This document shows positions 19,119 through 30,298 of a stretch of DNA of 40,531 bases, piece after piece. Position numbers and translations under genes: made by a program. Location of the stretch: the NCBI GenBank assembly GCA_041946805.1, contig JBHGBC010000041.1, positions 1-40,531 of the forward strand, given 5' to 3'. The DNA is from a bacterium (GTDB lineage Bacteria > Hinthialibacterota > Hinthialibacteria > Hinthialibacterales > Hinthialibacteraceae). Numbering within the stretch: the stretch's first letter is position 1; each line of letters opens with the position of its first letter. The notes under the pieces are model-generated. The model saw only the letters and a program-made list of their open reading frames with translations. It did not search any database and was not told where the DNA came from.

Positions 19119-21566
19119 ATGAACCAATCCAACAATAACAAATCCAACCCAGCCACTGATTTATCCTTGATCCTGCCGCTCTCGCGGGTACCCCGCGCGC
19201 CGGCGCGGCCGGTGCGGGTGATCGGCATCGATCTGGGCACCACCAATTCCACCGTGACCGTGTTGACCTACGTCCCTGGAGAGGATCCGCCGAAGGCGCG
19301 GTGCATCGAGGTCGAGCAGCCCACCCAGCAGGGGATTTACATCCATCACCTGGTGCCCTCGGTGGTGGCCCTGCATCAGGGAACCGTGTACATCGGGGAA
19401 GGGGCCAAGCGCCTGCGCGCCCTGGCCGGCGATCCGAAAAGCGAGCTGCGCCGCAACCGCACCATCTTTTGGGATTGCAAAAACGACATGGGCCTCAAAC
19501 GCACCTACGCGCACGCGCCGGAAGGCTACCGGTCCTCGCCGGAAATCGCGTCCCACCTTCTGCGGTATTTGCGCGATGCGGCCGCCCTGCCCGATGGCCC
19601 GCCGATGGAGCGCATCGTCGTGACCGTTCCGGCGTCGTTCAACGCGGCCCAGCGGCAAGACACCTTGAAAGCCGCCCAGGCCGCCGGGTTTGATGTGGGA
19701 GAGGGTGATTTCCTGGATGAACCAGTGGCCGCATTTCTTAATTATCTGGCCAATCCCGAGGTCCGCGGCCTTCTCACTCCCGGGAAGGAGCAAAATCTGG
19801 TGGTATTCGATTTCGGCGGGGGAACCTGCGACGTGGCGGTGCTGCGGTTGTGCCTCTCCCAGGATGGCAATCAATTCGCCATCAGCCCGTTGGCGGTCTC
19901 GCGGTATCACCGGCTGGGCGGGGGGGATATCGACGCGGCTATCCTGCACGAGGCGCTGATCCCGCAGATCCGAGAGCAGAATAACCTGGCCCCCTTCGAT
20001 CTCGATTTTGAAGTGCGGAAACATCAAATCGAGCCGGCGTTTCTCAGCCTCGCCGAGACGCTCAAGATCGGCCTGTGCACCGATATCCGCCGCCTGCGGG
20101 CGTTTCATAAGTACGATCCCGATAAGCGGGAAACCGTGGTCAAAAAAGTTCCCGGCGTGAACACCGTGCGGCTGAAGGACGGGCGGGAGTTGCGGTTGGA
20201 ATCGCCCACGCTCAACGCGAAGCAATTCGAGGAGATCCTGGAACCGTTTCTGGACATAGACCTGCTCTTCCACCGGGAAACCGAATACCGGATAACCTGC
20301 TCGATCTTCGCGCCCTTGATGGATGCCCTGGACAGCGCCCAATTGGACGAGGATCAGGTGGACTTATGCTTGCTGGTCGGGGGGAGTTGTCTGATTCCCC
20401 AGGTGGTGGACGCGGTGAAGGGATTTTTCCCGCGCGCCCGGGTGCTGTCGCATGAATCCGAGGATGACATCCAAACCGCCGTGGCGCGGGGCGCGGCGTA
20501 TCACGCCCTGTCGCTCGCGCTGTTTGGCCAAGGCCTGGTGGAGCCCGTGGCCGGGGATAGCGTTAGCATCCGGACCAGCAGCGGCCCGATGGAATTGATT
20601 CCCCGCGGGGCACCGCTTCCTTACCCCGGAGATGCGCAATGGGCGGTGAATCGCAATTTGCAGGTTCCAGAAACAAGTTTGGGCAAACCGCTGGAACTCC
20701 ACGTGGAGCTTCTCAATGGTCAGGGACATAGTTTGATGAATAAAAAATGGAACCTCCAACCAGGTATCCAGCGGGGGGATCCGCTAATTCTGGAATGCCG
20801 GATGGATAAAAACCAAACACTTTCTTTTCGGCTTGAAGTCGAAGGCCGGCCGGACCAGAGGCCTTTGGAATTGGAAATTGAGAATCCGTCCTGTCATGCG
20901 GTGCATCCCAACGAGAGGATTGTACGAATCGAGGAACTCGAGGAGGAAATCCGAACCAAGACTTTAAGCAAGGATGAAAAGGAAGGCAAGGTTTTGGAAA
21001 TCGCCGGGCATTGTTCGGAACTGGGGCAACGGGACAAGGCCATGACTTTGATACAGAAAGTGCTGCAATCCCGGGGACCGGACGCGGGTTTGTTAAACCG
21101 CTTGGGGATGCTGGCGGGTGAGATGGGAGATACGGATCGGGAGATTAAATTTTACCGGGAAGCCGCGAAAGCATCTTCTTGGTCCGGATCACTTTTCAAC
21201 CTGGCGCTGGCTTACAAAAGACAGAAGCGGTACAAAGAGGCACAAGAAGCGCTGGATGAAGCTCTCGATAAAGATCCGGATGGTCCCTATTGGATTTTGA
21301 AAGCACAGTTGTATGAATTACAAAAGCAGCCCCGCGAAAAGGACGAGGCACTGCAAGAAGCCTTCGCGATGATGGGATCGTTGAAGCAGATGAATGAGTG
21401 GGAATTGGGGTGGTACGAGTATGCCGCACATTTAGCGGAAAAAACTGACTTGGCATCCGACATAAAAAAGGAACTGAATACCCGTAAGAAAAAAGGATTG
21501 GCAACAAGCACGGGGAAACCAATCTTGCCTGAAATCCGTTCCGCGATGCAACGGAGGGAGGACTGA
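19119..21566 (+). CDS. Atypical Hsp70-family ATPase with C-terminal TPR repeats
   Basis: IGIDLGTTNS, TVPASF...QR, DEPVAA, VFDFGGGTCDV, LGGGDID, LVGGS..IP, AVARGAA. Divergent beta-SBD (LIPRGAPLP), then TPR-like helices (LLNRLGMLA, LFNLALAYKRQKRYKEA..ALDEAL..DP). Confidence 0.9.
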   Translation: MNQSNNNKSNPATDLSLILPLSRVPRAPARPVRVIGIDLGTTNSTVTVLTYVPGEDPPKARCIEVEQPTQQGIYIHHLVPSVVALHQGTVYIGEGAKRLRALAGDPKSELRRNRTIFWDCKNDMGLKRTYAHAPEGYRSSPEIASHLLRYLRDAAALPDGPPMERIVVTVPASFNAAQRQDTLKAAQAAGFDVGEGDFLDEPVAAFLNYLANPEVRGLLTPGKEQNLVVFDFGGGTCDVAVLRLCLSQDGNQFAISPLAVSRYHRLGGGDIDAAILHEALIPQIREQNNLAPFDLDFEVRKHQIEPAFLSLAETLKIGLCTDIRRLRAFHKYDPDKRETVVKKVPGVNTVRLKDGRELRLESPTLNAKQFEEILEPFLDIDLLFHRETEYRITCSIFAPLMDALDSAQLDEDQVDLCLLVGGSCLIPQVVDAVKGFFPRARVLSHESEDDIQTAVARGAAYHALSLALFGQGLVEPVAGDSVSIRTSSGPMELIPRGAPLPYPGDAQWAVNRNLQVPETSLGKPLELHVELLNGQGHSLMNKKWNLQPGIQRGDPLILECRMDKNQTLSFRLEVEGRPDQRPLELEIENPSCHAVHPNERIVRIEELEEEIRTKTLSKDEKEGKVLEIAGHCSELGQRDKAMTLIQKVLQSRGPDAGLLNRLGMLAGEMGDTDREIKFYREAAKASSWSGSLFNLALAYKRQKRYKEAQEALDEALDKDPDGPYWILKAQLYELQKQPREKDEALQEAFAMMGSLKQMNEWELGWYEYAAHLAEKTDLASDIKKELNTRKKKGLATSTGKPILPEIRSAMQRRED

Positions 21567-21568
21567 CC

Positions 21569-22837
21569 ATGTGGCTGGTGCCTTCAGAGGAATTAACCTT
21601 GGACCAAACCCGGGCCGTGGAAATGCCAACCACGGAGCACCGGGTGGTGCTGGGAGGCCCGGGTTCCGGCAAAACCCTGGTGCTGGCGCACCGGGCGAAA
21701 TATCTCATGGATACATATCGCGTCCCACCCGAACGCCTTCGCGTTTTTGTTTATACCAATGCCTTGAAGCAATACATCCAGGCTGGAATAAATTTTCTGG
21801 AGATACCCGAGGAGAATGTCATAGTCTTCGACTCCTGGTGCCGGGACTTCTTTGATGAGCAAATTGGCGGAAGCGCGCCGTGGGATGAAAAAAAACGCAC
21901 GCCGGATTTTCAAGCCATCCGGAGAGTGGTGCTCAACAAAATCAAAACGGATCCACGCCAGTTCCGGCTCTTCGACTTTGTGATGGTGGACGAAGGGCAG
22001 GATCTGGAAACCGACGCGTTCGAAATCCTGAAGCGGATCTCGAATCATGTCACGGTATGCATGGATCACAAACAGCAGATCTATGATCATGGTTCAACGG
22101 AGAAAGAGGTTCTCAAGGCGCTGGGATTGCCCCGGCGCAATATGATATTGTTGGAAACCTTCCGCTGCTGCCCGTATATCGTGCATCTGGCGGCCACGCT
22201 GATTCCGGAACCCGCGGAACGGACCGCGTACCGGAATCAGGCCAGAACCGACTCCCGCGGTCGGGAAATCCCCGTGCTATACCGCGCATCTTCCACGGAG
22301 GAGGAAAAACGTCGCCTGCTTGAAACCGTGAGAGCCCGGCAACAGGCGGGAGAGAAGGTGGCAGTTCTGCTGCCCACCAACCGGCTGACCCATGGATACG
22401 CGGAAGCCTTGCGGGAGGCTGGATTGGAGGTGGAATCGCCGAAGCGAAGGGGCGCTGAGGATGGCCCTTATGACTGGGATTTCCGCAGCGACCGCACCAA
22501 GGTGATGACCTATCCCAGCGCCAAGGGACTGACCTTCGATACCGTCATTATGCCCCGTTTGGTTGAACGGCCGTTTGATTGGTTAACGCCCGGCCGGATC
22601 ACAAATCTTCTGTTTGTGGGGATTTCCCGGGCAGTCAAGTGGGTTTACCTCAGCACCGTGGATGGCATGGAACTGCCGCAGGTGGAAACCTTGCAGTCCG
22701 CGGCGCGGGAAGGCTCGCTCACGATCCGCAAAGACAATAGCATTCCCAAGGCAACTGCCCAAGATAGAAAAAAACCATCACCTCAGGGTATTTCCGTTCC
22801 CGTTGCGCCGGCCGATGACTTGTCGTATTTGTTTTGA
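21569..22837 (+). CDS. Compact superfamily 1 (UvrD/Rep-like) helicase
   Basis: Q motif (LTLDQ), GGPGSGKT, VDEGQD, D.KQQIY, TFRC, MTYPSAKGLTFD, LLFVGISRA; only 422 aa. Confidence 0.9.
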   Translation: MWLVPSEELTLDQTRAVEMPTTEHRVVLGGPGSGKTLVLAHRAKYLMDTYRVPPERLRVFVYTNALKQYIQAGINFLEIPEENVIVFDSWCRDFFDEQIGGSAPWDEKKRTPDFQAIRRVVLNKIKTDPRQFRLFDFVMVDEGQDLETDAFEILKRISNHVTVCMDHKQQIYDHGSTEKEVLKALGLPRRNMILLETFRCCPYIVHLAATLIPEPAERTAYRNQARTDSRGREIPVLYRASSTEEEKRRLLETVRARQQAGEKVAVLLPTNRLTHGYAEALREAGLEVESPKRRGAEDGPYDWDFRSDRTKVMTYPSAKGLTFDTVIMPRLVERPFDWLTPGRITNLLFVGISRAVKWVYLSTVDGMELPQVETLQSAAREGSLTIRKDNSIPKATAQDRKKPSPQGISVPVAPADDLSYLF

Positions 22838-22891
22838 ATGAAACGGTTAGTTAGCAGCGTGCAACATCAGCAGGAGACGGGGAATAGAACC

Positions 22892-23314
22892 ATGAAAATC
22901 GAGAACATAGAAATCCCGAGTTGTTTTGAGTATGAATTCCGATGTCCTTATTGTGGTTTTCAATTATGCCCAAAGCCACAAGAAATGCCATTTTGTAGTC
23001 ATATCACTTTTTTGCATATTAGAGACTGCTGCGATAGCAATGGTTTTGCAGTGGTTAAGTCCTCATTTGCCCGTAAATATATACAAAAAATAATGGAATC
23101 GCAATATGTTAAAGATTATGAATCCGATGATTTGACAACAACCTTAAATGTTTTGCTGGAGAAGGAAGATCCGTTATCGGATCATTGTATCCCGATGTAT
23201 CTCGATTTGCTTAGCCAGGACTTGTTCGAGCGTGAGGCGCATGTATATCAAATACAAGAAGTCGAACGATACTATCCTTCTACTTTGACGGTAGGGTTTG
23301 AGAAGGATGGATGA
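22892..23314 (+). CDS. Hypothetical AT-rich protein with N-terminal Cys/His cluster (CPYCG...FCSH)
   Basis: Open frame with a zinc-ribbon-like motif; visibly lower GC than the host genes. Confidence 0.6.
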   Translation: MKIENIEIPSCFEYEFRCPYCGFQLCPKPQEMPFCSHITFLHIRDCCDSNGFAVVKSSFARKYIQKIMESQYVKDYESDDLTTTLNVLLEKEDPLSDHCIPMYLDLLSQDLFEREAHVYQIQEVERYYPSTLTVGFEKDG

Positions 23315-23404
23315 GCGGTGGCGAGATAATAACTCTGTGTATTTTATAAGTCGAGTGAATGCCTGGCTTGAATTGAATATCCAAATAAACAAGGGAGAAA
23401 GAGC

Positions 23405-23866
23405 ATGAAAAAACGTAGTTTTATTGGAAAATATGTCGATATCACCAAAGTAGATAAGTTATTATGGTGTGAATATGGAGATTATGAAGAATACGATGAT
23501 AATTGGGTTGATAACGATGATGCGGATAATGAAAATAAAATGAAATCAGTGGAAATATATTTACCCTACCCTGAAGACAACATAAATACAGAAAGAAGTG
23601 GATACAATATGTTTTCTGTTGTGCTTATTCTGAAAGAAAACAAAATAGTTAATCTCAAGCGGATCGGCCATTGCCATATGTGTGGAGGCCAGGGAACAGA
23701 TGACGAATTGCGTAAATATCCTTGCCCGGCCTTGGAGGAAGCAGCCGAGAAATCCATCCAAGAAATTATCTGTTCCAAGACAAAATCCAAAATAAAACCA
23801 CTGAATTATGAAACCATCATCAAAATACATAAACGCCCAATCAGAAAAAATATCAAAACACTTTAG
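23405..23866 (+). CDS. Hypothetical AT-rich protein with an acidic patch and HCHMC motif
   Basis: 153-aa ORF, RBS AGGGAG, very low GC. Confidence 0.55.
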   Translation: MKKRSFIGKYVDITKVDKLLWCEYGDYEEYDDNWVDNDDADNENKMKSVEIYLPYPEDNINTERSGYNMFSVVLILKENKIVNLKRIGHCHMCGGQGTDDELRKYPCPALEEAAEKSIQEIICSKTKSKIKPLNYETIIKIHKRPIRKNIKTL

Positions 23867-23965
23867 ATTGTTTCTGGATAGGTAATTCCTGTTCCGGAAC
23901 TTCCTTTTATTCACTTGGTAATGACTGGAATTCCGTATTCTGAGACCCGGTGAAAATCCAATCTA

Positions 23966-25036
23966 GTAACTATTCACAATAATCAGAAGAAAATCCCTAC
24001 AACAATTACACCATGCGTTCGGCTTGGGGCGCGCACCATTTGGAGGCCTGTCCCCATTGCGGCGGCCCCGTCCAACCCTGCCAGGGCCAACACGCCGCCC
24101 GCGCGCGGCTCCTGAGCTTCACCGCCTACTGGCATTACCACATGGGCATTCCCGTCCGCCGGATCGTGGAGATGCTCAACGCCCACCTGCCGTGCCCCCT
24201 CAGCGCGGTCAGGCTGGTGCGCATGGGGCAGCGGCGGACGGAGCCTCTCGCGCCCTGGTACGCGCCGTTGATCGACGAGGCCCGCCAGGCCGCCGTGCGG
24301 CACGCCGACGAGACCGGTTGGCGGATCAATCGGCCGCACCCACTGGCTGTGATGTTTCAGCAGCGTGGACACCACGGTGTACTTGATCGATCGCAGCCGC
24401 GGCAGCCCCTCCTTGAAAAAATTCATTGCAGACGCCTTCGCGGGCGCCCTGGTCACCGATTTTTGGGCTGCCTACCACACGGTCACCTACGAGCACCGCC
24501 AGTTCTGCCTGGCCCATCTGTCGCGCGAGTTGGAACGGACAAGCGCGGTCAACCTCTCGGCCGCGTGGCAGGCGTTCGTCCGGAATGCGATACGGCTGTT
24601 CCGGGACGCCCTGCGCTTGCGTAAACGGGAGGATTTCATGCCGGCGGCCTATGCCTCGCGCATCCAGCGGCTGAACGAGCGCCTGGTGGATTTCATGATG
24701 ATCGAATCCACCCATCCCGATGCGCGGCGTCTCGCCAAGCGGTTGCGGAACTATTGGGATGAGTTGCTGACGTTTCTGGATCATCCCGACGCCGCCGGCG
24801 AACGACCCTGTGGAGCGGTAGTTCAGGCCGGCGGTGATCTGGCGCCAGGTGATGCAAGGCAACCGCAGCGGCCGAGTCGCGGGAACGCAAGGCGTGCTGA
24901 TGAGCATCCTCCGCACCCTGCACCGCCAAGGTTTTTAGGTCGTCGATACGCTGGTGGAATACCTGCAAATCCGCCTTCGGGATGGTAAACCGCCGCCATT
25001 CTCCGCAAAACTCTATGCAGACGGGTAAGTCATTGC
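23966..25036 (+). mobile_element. Degraded IS66-family transposase (frameshifted, 5'-truncated)
   Basis: CPHCG zinc finger, HADETGWR, YLIDRSRGS, LVTDFWAAY, QFCLAHL.REL, LLTFLDHP and AVIWRQVMQGNRS, spread over several frames. Ends are approximate (GTAACTATTCAC at 23966). Confidence 0.85.
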
Positions 25037-25166
25037 TCATGGTTCAATTTTCTGCGTCTCACTGTTCATCCATCGCTAAAAACATAGAGTATTAATTTAT
25101 ATAAATAATCTATAATAGACCTAACATCCATCACAAATATCTAGAATTAAATTTGTGTGCTTACGA

Positions 25167-25195
25167 TTGACAAAAAATGCCTAAACATCAATAAT
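25167..25195 (+). promoter_or_regulatory. Putative sigma70 promoter
   Basis: TTGACA-N17-AATAAT in an AT-rich intergenic region upstream of 25251. Confidence 0.55.
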
Positions 25196-25250
25196 TCTTT
25201 TCCCCAATTAAACAGGAGTGACCAGAGCCCTTTCATCGAGGATATGGACT

Positions 25251-28200
25251 ATGCGCATGAGGGTTCTTTCATGGTTCACCGGCCGTTTTTTCGTGCCGGT
25301 GGGATGCTGGTTCTGTTTCGTGTTTACCCATGTATCGCCCGGATGGACTGAAATCACCGGAAACCCGCTGTTTTCCGATGGCTTCGAGGTCAATGATCCC
25401 AGTTCTTTGGCTTGGGAGGAACAATCCGGCAATTTGCCGGCGGCCGGGCCGCCGGCTCCCATAACCGGCGATTAAAGCCTGGCGGCGGCGATTACGAACC
25501 AAGATCCCTGCTACGTGCGGGATATCCTGCCCGCGGCCGAATCCCGGTACCGCGCCTGGTTTCTGTTCGATGTCAATTCGCTGACGATGGCGGATGGGGA
25601 TCAACACGTTCTCCTGTCGGGAGAGGATCCGGATGGCTTCGCGTGGGAAGTTCAGCACCGTTTCTCCAGCGGTGATTACCAACTTCGGCTGGCGGTTTTC
25701 GACGATGCCCGGCAAGCGGTTGAGACACCATGGTTCTCGATCCCCGACGACCAGCACAGCGTGGAAATCGAGTAGGCGGCCGCCACAGGCCCGGACGCCG
25801 CTAACGGATTCGGTATCCTATGGATCGACGGGACCGCGAAAGCCCTGCTGCAGGGGATCGACAACAACACGCCGAGAACGGAAGCGGTTTATCTCGGCCC
25901 CTCGCGGAGTTTGAACCCCGGTACCTCGGGAACTCTGTATTTCGATGCGTTCGAATCCGCGCGGCCACCCGTACGAGAGGCGATCCTGGCCGAAAAATCC
26001 GTGCGTCTGGAGGAGGATCTTAACAGGAACGGGATCTTGTATCCGGGCGACTCGGTGACCTACACCACCCCTCTCGCTAACGTGGGGCCCCATGATCTTT
26101 CCTCCCGGCAACTGCTGGATAACCTGGACGACAACACGGTTCAGGTTCCGGGGACGGTACAAACCACACCGCTGGCCTTTAACGATCATTATCAATGCTT
26201 TGGCAACGTGGATCTCGACGTTCCGGCGGCCAATGGCCTGCTGGCCAACGATGCCGACCTGGAAAACCAATTGCAGGCGGGTTCTCCTCCCCTCCACACC
26301 GGCTTGACCGTGGCCGCGTTCGACGCGCGCAGCGCCCACAGCGGGGATGTGTCGGCCGGCGCGGACGGTGGTTTTACCTACGTTCCCCCGCCCGGGTACG
26401 AAGGCGAGAATTCGTTTTCCTACACGATTCAAGATCCGGACGGCAACCTCGACCGCGGCGTGGTCACGATTCAGGTTGCCGGGATGATCTGGTTTATCGA
26501 CAACAGCGCGGGAACCGCCGGGGACGGCCGTCTCGGCTCTCCATTCAATACGCTGGCCGGCTTCGTCAACCAGGCGGCGGACAAAGAAGGGGATATCATC
26601 TATTTGTATTCCGGATCCGTCGGCTATCCCGGCGGCATCACCCTCTTGAACTCCCAGAAATTAATTGGCCAGGGCGTGGATCTGGCCACCGGCGCGGGGA
26701 TTACCCTCCCGGCCTTCAGCCGGGCGCTGCCCTCCACGGGGACGAATCCAGTTATCACCAACGCTTCCAGGAATTGCATTACCCTGGCCCAAAACAATAC
26801 GCTCCGGGGATTGACGGCCGGGGCGGCATCCGGCTGGGGGATTCAAGGGACCGATGCCGGGACGGTGACGGCCAGCGGAGTGCGGATTGCCGGCCCGAGC
26901 GGAGGCATCAACCTTCAAACCGCCACGCTCGCCATGACTTTGGATGAAATCACGTGCCCGGATCTCACCATGGAAGGTATCCGGCTTGTGGGCGTCAGCG
27001 GCCGTTTCGATTCCGCTTCCACCACCCTGATCGATCCCCAAGGCACGGGCATTCTGGTGCAGAATTCCCCTGGTGTGTATTTGAATTTCTTCGACACCAC
27101 GATTTCGGATACCGCCATCGGCAGCGGGAATTCGGGAAACGCCATCGATTTGGCCACCGGGAACGCGGGAGCGCTTTTTGTCTTCACTAATCTGGCGGTA
27201 ACCACCGACCAGGGCATTGGTCTCCTGGCGAACAACAGCGGTACGGTGCGCATCCTGGGAGTCACGAACACCATCCAGGCCAACCAACGCGCCGCCTTGG
27301 ATATCACCAACACCAGCCTGGATCCCGGATGGACAATGGCCAATGTATCCTCAGCGGGCAGCACCGGGGATGGCGTCAGACTGGTCTCGGTCAGCGGCAG
27401 TTTCACCGCCACGGGCGGCTTAATCACCAACGCCGCGCAGGCCGGATTCCTTATCAGCGGCGGGAACAGTACGGTAACGTATCAGGGAAATATCTCCACC
27501 ACGGCGAACCGGCTGATCGAAATCCAAAACCGCACGGGGGGGACTGTCACCTTCCAAACCGGCACGCTCTCCGCCACGGGAGGCACCGGCATCCTGGCGC
27601 AAAACAACACCGGAGGCACGATCACCTTCGGCGGACCGGTATCCCTCAACACCGGCGCGAACGGCGCGGTTACGCTGAGTTTCAACACCGGCGCGAATGT
27701 GACCTTCTCGGGTGGATTGCAAATCACCACCACCAGTGGCTATGGCTTTCAGGCCTCGGGCGGCGGCATGTTGACCGTTTCCGGGACCAACAATGAGATT
27801 ATCACCGGCACGGGCGTGCCCTTGAGCGTGCAAAGCACCCTGATCGGCGCGGGGGATCTCAACTTCCACCGGATCTTCGCCAACGGCGCGGACCAGGGGA
27901 TCGTGTTGAACAATATGGGAACCCTAGGCGGATTGAAGGTCGGCGCGGACCTGTCCGGCTCCCCGGCCGTGGGCGACGGCGGGATTCTGCAAAACATCAC
28001 CCAAAACGCCTTGTCCCTAACCAACACCGCCAATGTATCCTTGAATTACCTGCGGATTGACTCCACAGGCAGCCACGCGATTGTGGGCGCGGGCGTGTCC
28101 GACTCATCGGGCGACGCGGAGTCCGGTTTGGAAATCAACCATTGCGAGATTGTGAACGCGGGAGACTCGGATAACGAAAACACCCTGCATTTCGTGGGAA

Positions 28201-29245
28201 GTCCCAGCATTACGGGACGTCTCGCCATCAGCGACACCACCATCACCGCGTATTTCGAAAACGCGTTGCGTATTATTAATAGCAATCACATTAACACGCC
28301 TTTGCTGATCGATATAACCCATTGCACGATCCAGGACAACGATGACACCTACGGCACGGACGCGATTTACATCGAAACCGGACGATTTGCGTGGAATGTC
28401 ACGCTGAATCTCACCGATTGCCATTTCGACAATACCGAAGCCGCAATCGTTAATTGTGTCCAAAAGTCGGGTTCACCCGGTATAACAGTCAATATCATCG
28501 GAAACACTTCCACCGGAGGCGGGGGTCCGGATCATTTCCCCGCAGGCGGAGGGATTCTGCTCGCGCAAAGTGGGGGAGGAAACAACATGACCTTCGATAT
28601 ACGGGACAATGTGTTTACCAACCTGGCCGGGGATGGCGTGGCAGGGGTGGGCGGTTACAACGCTCAGGGACGGATCGCCAACAACCGGATCAGCGGCATG
28701 GGGGGAGACGGCGTGCCTTGGATATGGGGACGGGGATGTCCGGCAATACGTGGAAGATCCTGATCCAGAACAATGAATTCGGCGCGGTGGAGGGAGCCAT
28801 GGGCATTGGGGATCAAGGCATCCAAATTCTGAGAAATGACAATAATGGCACTCTTAACCTGACGGCCGATAACAACATGATCGTCAATACCACGAATGAA
28901 GGCATCCGGATCTATACCGCCTTCACGGGGTCGGCCAATCTCAACAGCCTGATCCGCGCCGCGAACAACAGCTTCAATTCCATCGGCGCGGCGGAGGCGT
29001 TGTACGCATGGACCAGCGGTAATGCGAATAGTTGTTTCCACATCACGGGCAACACCGGCAACGGCGCGGGCGGCGCGCCGTCCGGCTCCATCCGGTTGCA
29101 TCAGGAGGGATCATCGATCCTGAGAATCACCCAAGCCAGCACCGCCAACTTATCCACGGACAACAACGGCGCCACCGTCAACACCGGGGGAACCATTTCT
29201 TTCGACGGGACATGCACGGACCCGCCGTTGCCCACGCTTCCCTGA
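25251..29245 (+). pseudogene. Large secreted surface protein (N-terminal beta-sandwich, half DUF11-like domain, Big_9-like Ig domain, long G/T/N-rich beta-helix), inactivated
   Basis: ORFs 25218, 25515 and 25911 share one frame, broken by TAA (25473-5) and TAG (25773-5). A 1-nt loss near 28716 shifts into the 28454..29245 frame. About 1330 codons when repaired. Confidence 0.85.
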
Positions 29246-29304
29246 CCCGCCTTCCAGAAAGGGACATCCCGGTAAATTCAAACACGGAATGAGGTCATAT
29301 AACC

Positions 29305-29736
29305 ATGGTAGAACCGTATATAGGGGAAATCCGATTGCTCAGCTACGACTATACGCCCCCGGGCTGGGCGAAGTGCGACGGGCAACTCTTGCCCGTCAAC
29401 CAAAACCAGGCACTTTTCTCCGTGCTGGGTACCCTCTATGGAGGAGATGGAACTACCACTTTTGCGCTGCCGGACCTGCGGGGCCGGATTCCTATGCATT
29501 TTGGAGGTTTTTTTGTGCAGGGAAAACACGGCGGGCAAACGACCCATACCCTGATTCCAACCGAAATGCCCCCGCACAACCAACGGCTCCAAGCCAGCGC
29601 CAACAACGCGGCCAGCCACGATCCCACGGGACAGGTGTTCGCGAAATCCGCCATCCCCCTGTACGCGGCCTCTCCGGATGGATCGCTCAAGCTAATGCAT
29701 ACGGCCGCGGTTTCCTGGGCGGGCCAGTCGCAGGCT
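29305..29736 (+). pseudogene. Phage tail-collar domain protein (MdpB/microcystin-dependent-protein-like), C-terminus deleted
   Basis: EPYIGEIRL....PPGWAKCDGQLLPVNQNQALFSVLGTLYGGDGTTTFALPDLRGR. The usual terminal H.N.QP.L...F.IAL.G.FP segment is missing after SQA. Confidence 0.85.
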
Positions 29737-30289
29737 CTCGCGGAAGGGGATCCCCAATTCGTGGCCGCGGGCGCGAAAATCCACTTGCGAGGCGTGATCC
29801 CGGCCGGAAAGGAGGGATACCCGCGGATGGCCATGACGGTCATTGTGGATTTTGTTCCGTTTCACGACGGTCCAGTGGATCGCCTGGCGGTACGAAAATC
29901 GCGTGGTGCCCCATATCGGCGGACCGGTTTGCTTCACCGCGCCGATCGATGCCGGGTATGGATTGAATCGGCGGGTCCGGTACGAGGCTGTTTCGGAAAA
30001 GGCCCCTGGAACCGTGGCGTGGGAAACGGCCTATCGTTTCGTCCCGGGATGCCGCAGCGGGACGGTGAAGCTGCGCCGGGGTTTTTATGCCATGCCCTTG
30101 GTTCCCGGGATTCCGGAATCCTGGATCAGCCGGCCCTGGTACCTTGTCCCGCAAACCGATCCAAGCGGAAAAAAATGGATGTGCCTCAGCCATCACCCCA
30201 TGGAGTTCGCGCCGGTGGAATTTCCTTATCTCCTGCTGGCCATCGATTACGCGCGTGACCCGCTTCCGGGCCACAAGCCGATAGTGTGA
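29737..30289 (+). pseudogene. 3' remnant of a hypothetical gene fused to the collar gene
   Basis: Protein-like frame ending ...VKLRRGFYAMPL...PVEFPYLLLAIDYARDPLPGHKPIV, stopping just before the GNAT RBS (GAGGAG); no start of its own. Confidence 0.45.
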
Positions 30290-30298
30290 GGAGAATCC

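Noticed and set aside
19119..21566. Housekeeping dnaK
   Set aside because: Divergent linker and SBD, TPR tail, no grpE/dnaJ/hrcA, and an island location.
29305..30258. Intact 317-aa tail fibre protein as given in the ORF track
   Set aside because: Collar-family similarity stops at about residue 144; the rest is read-through across a deletion junction into another gene's remnant.
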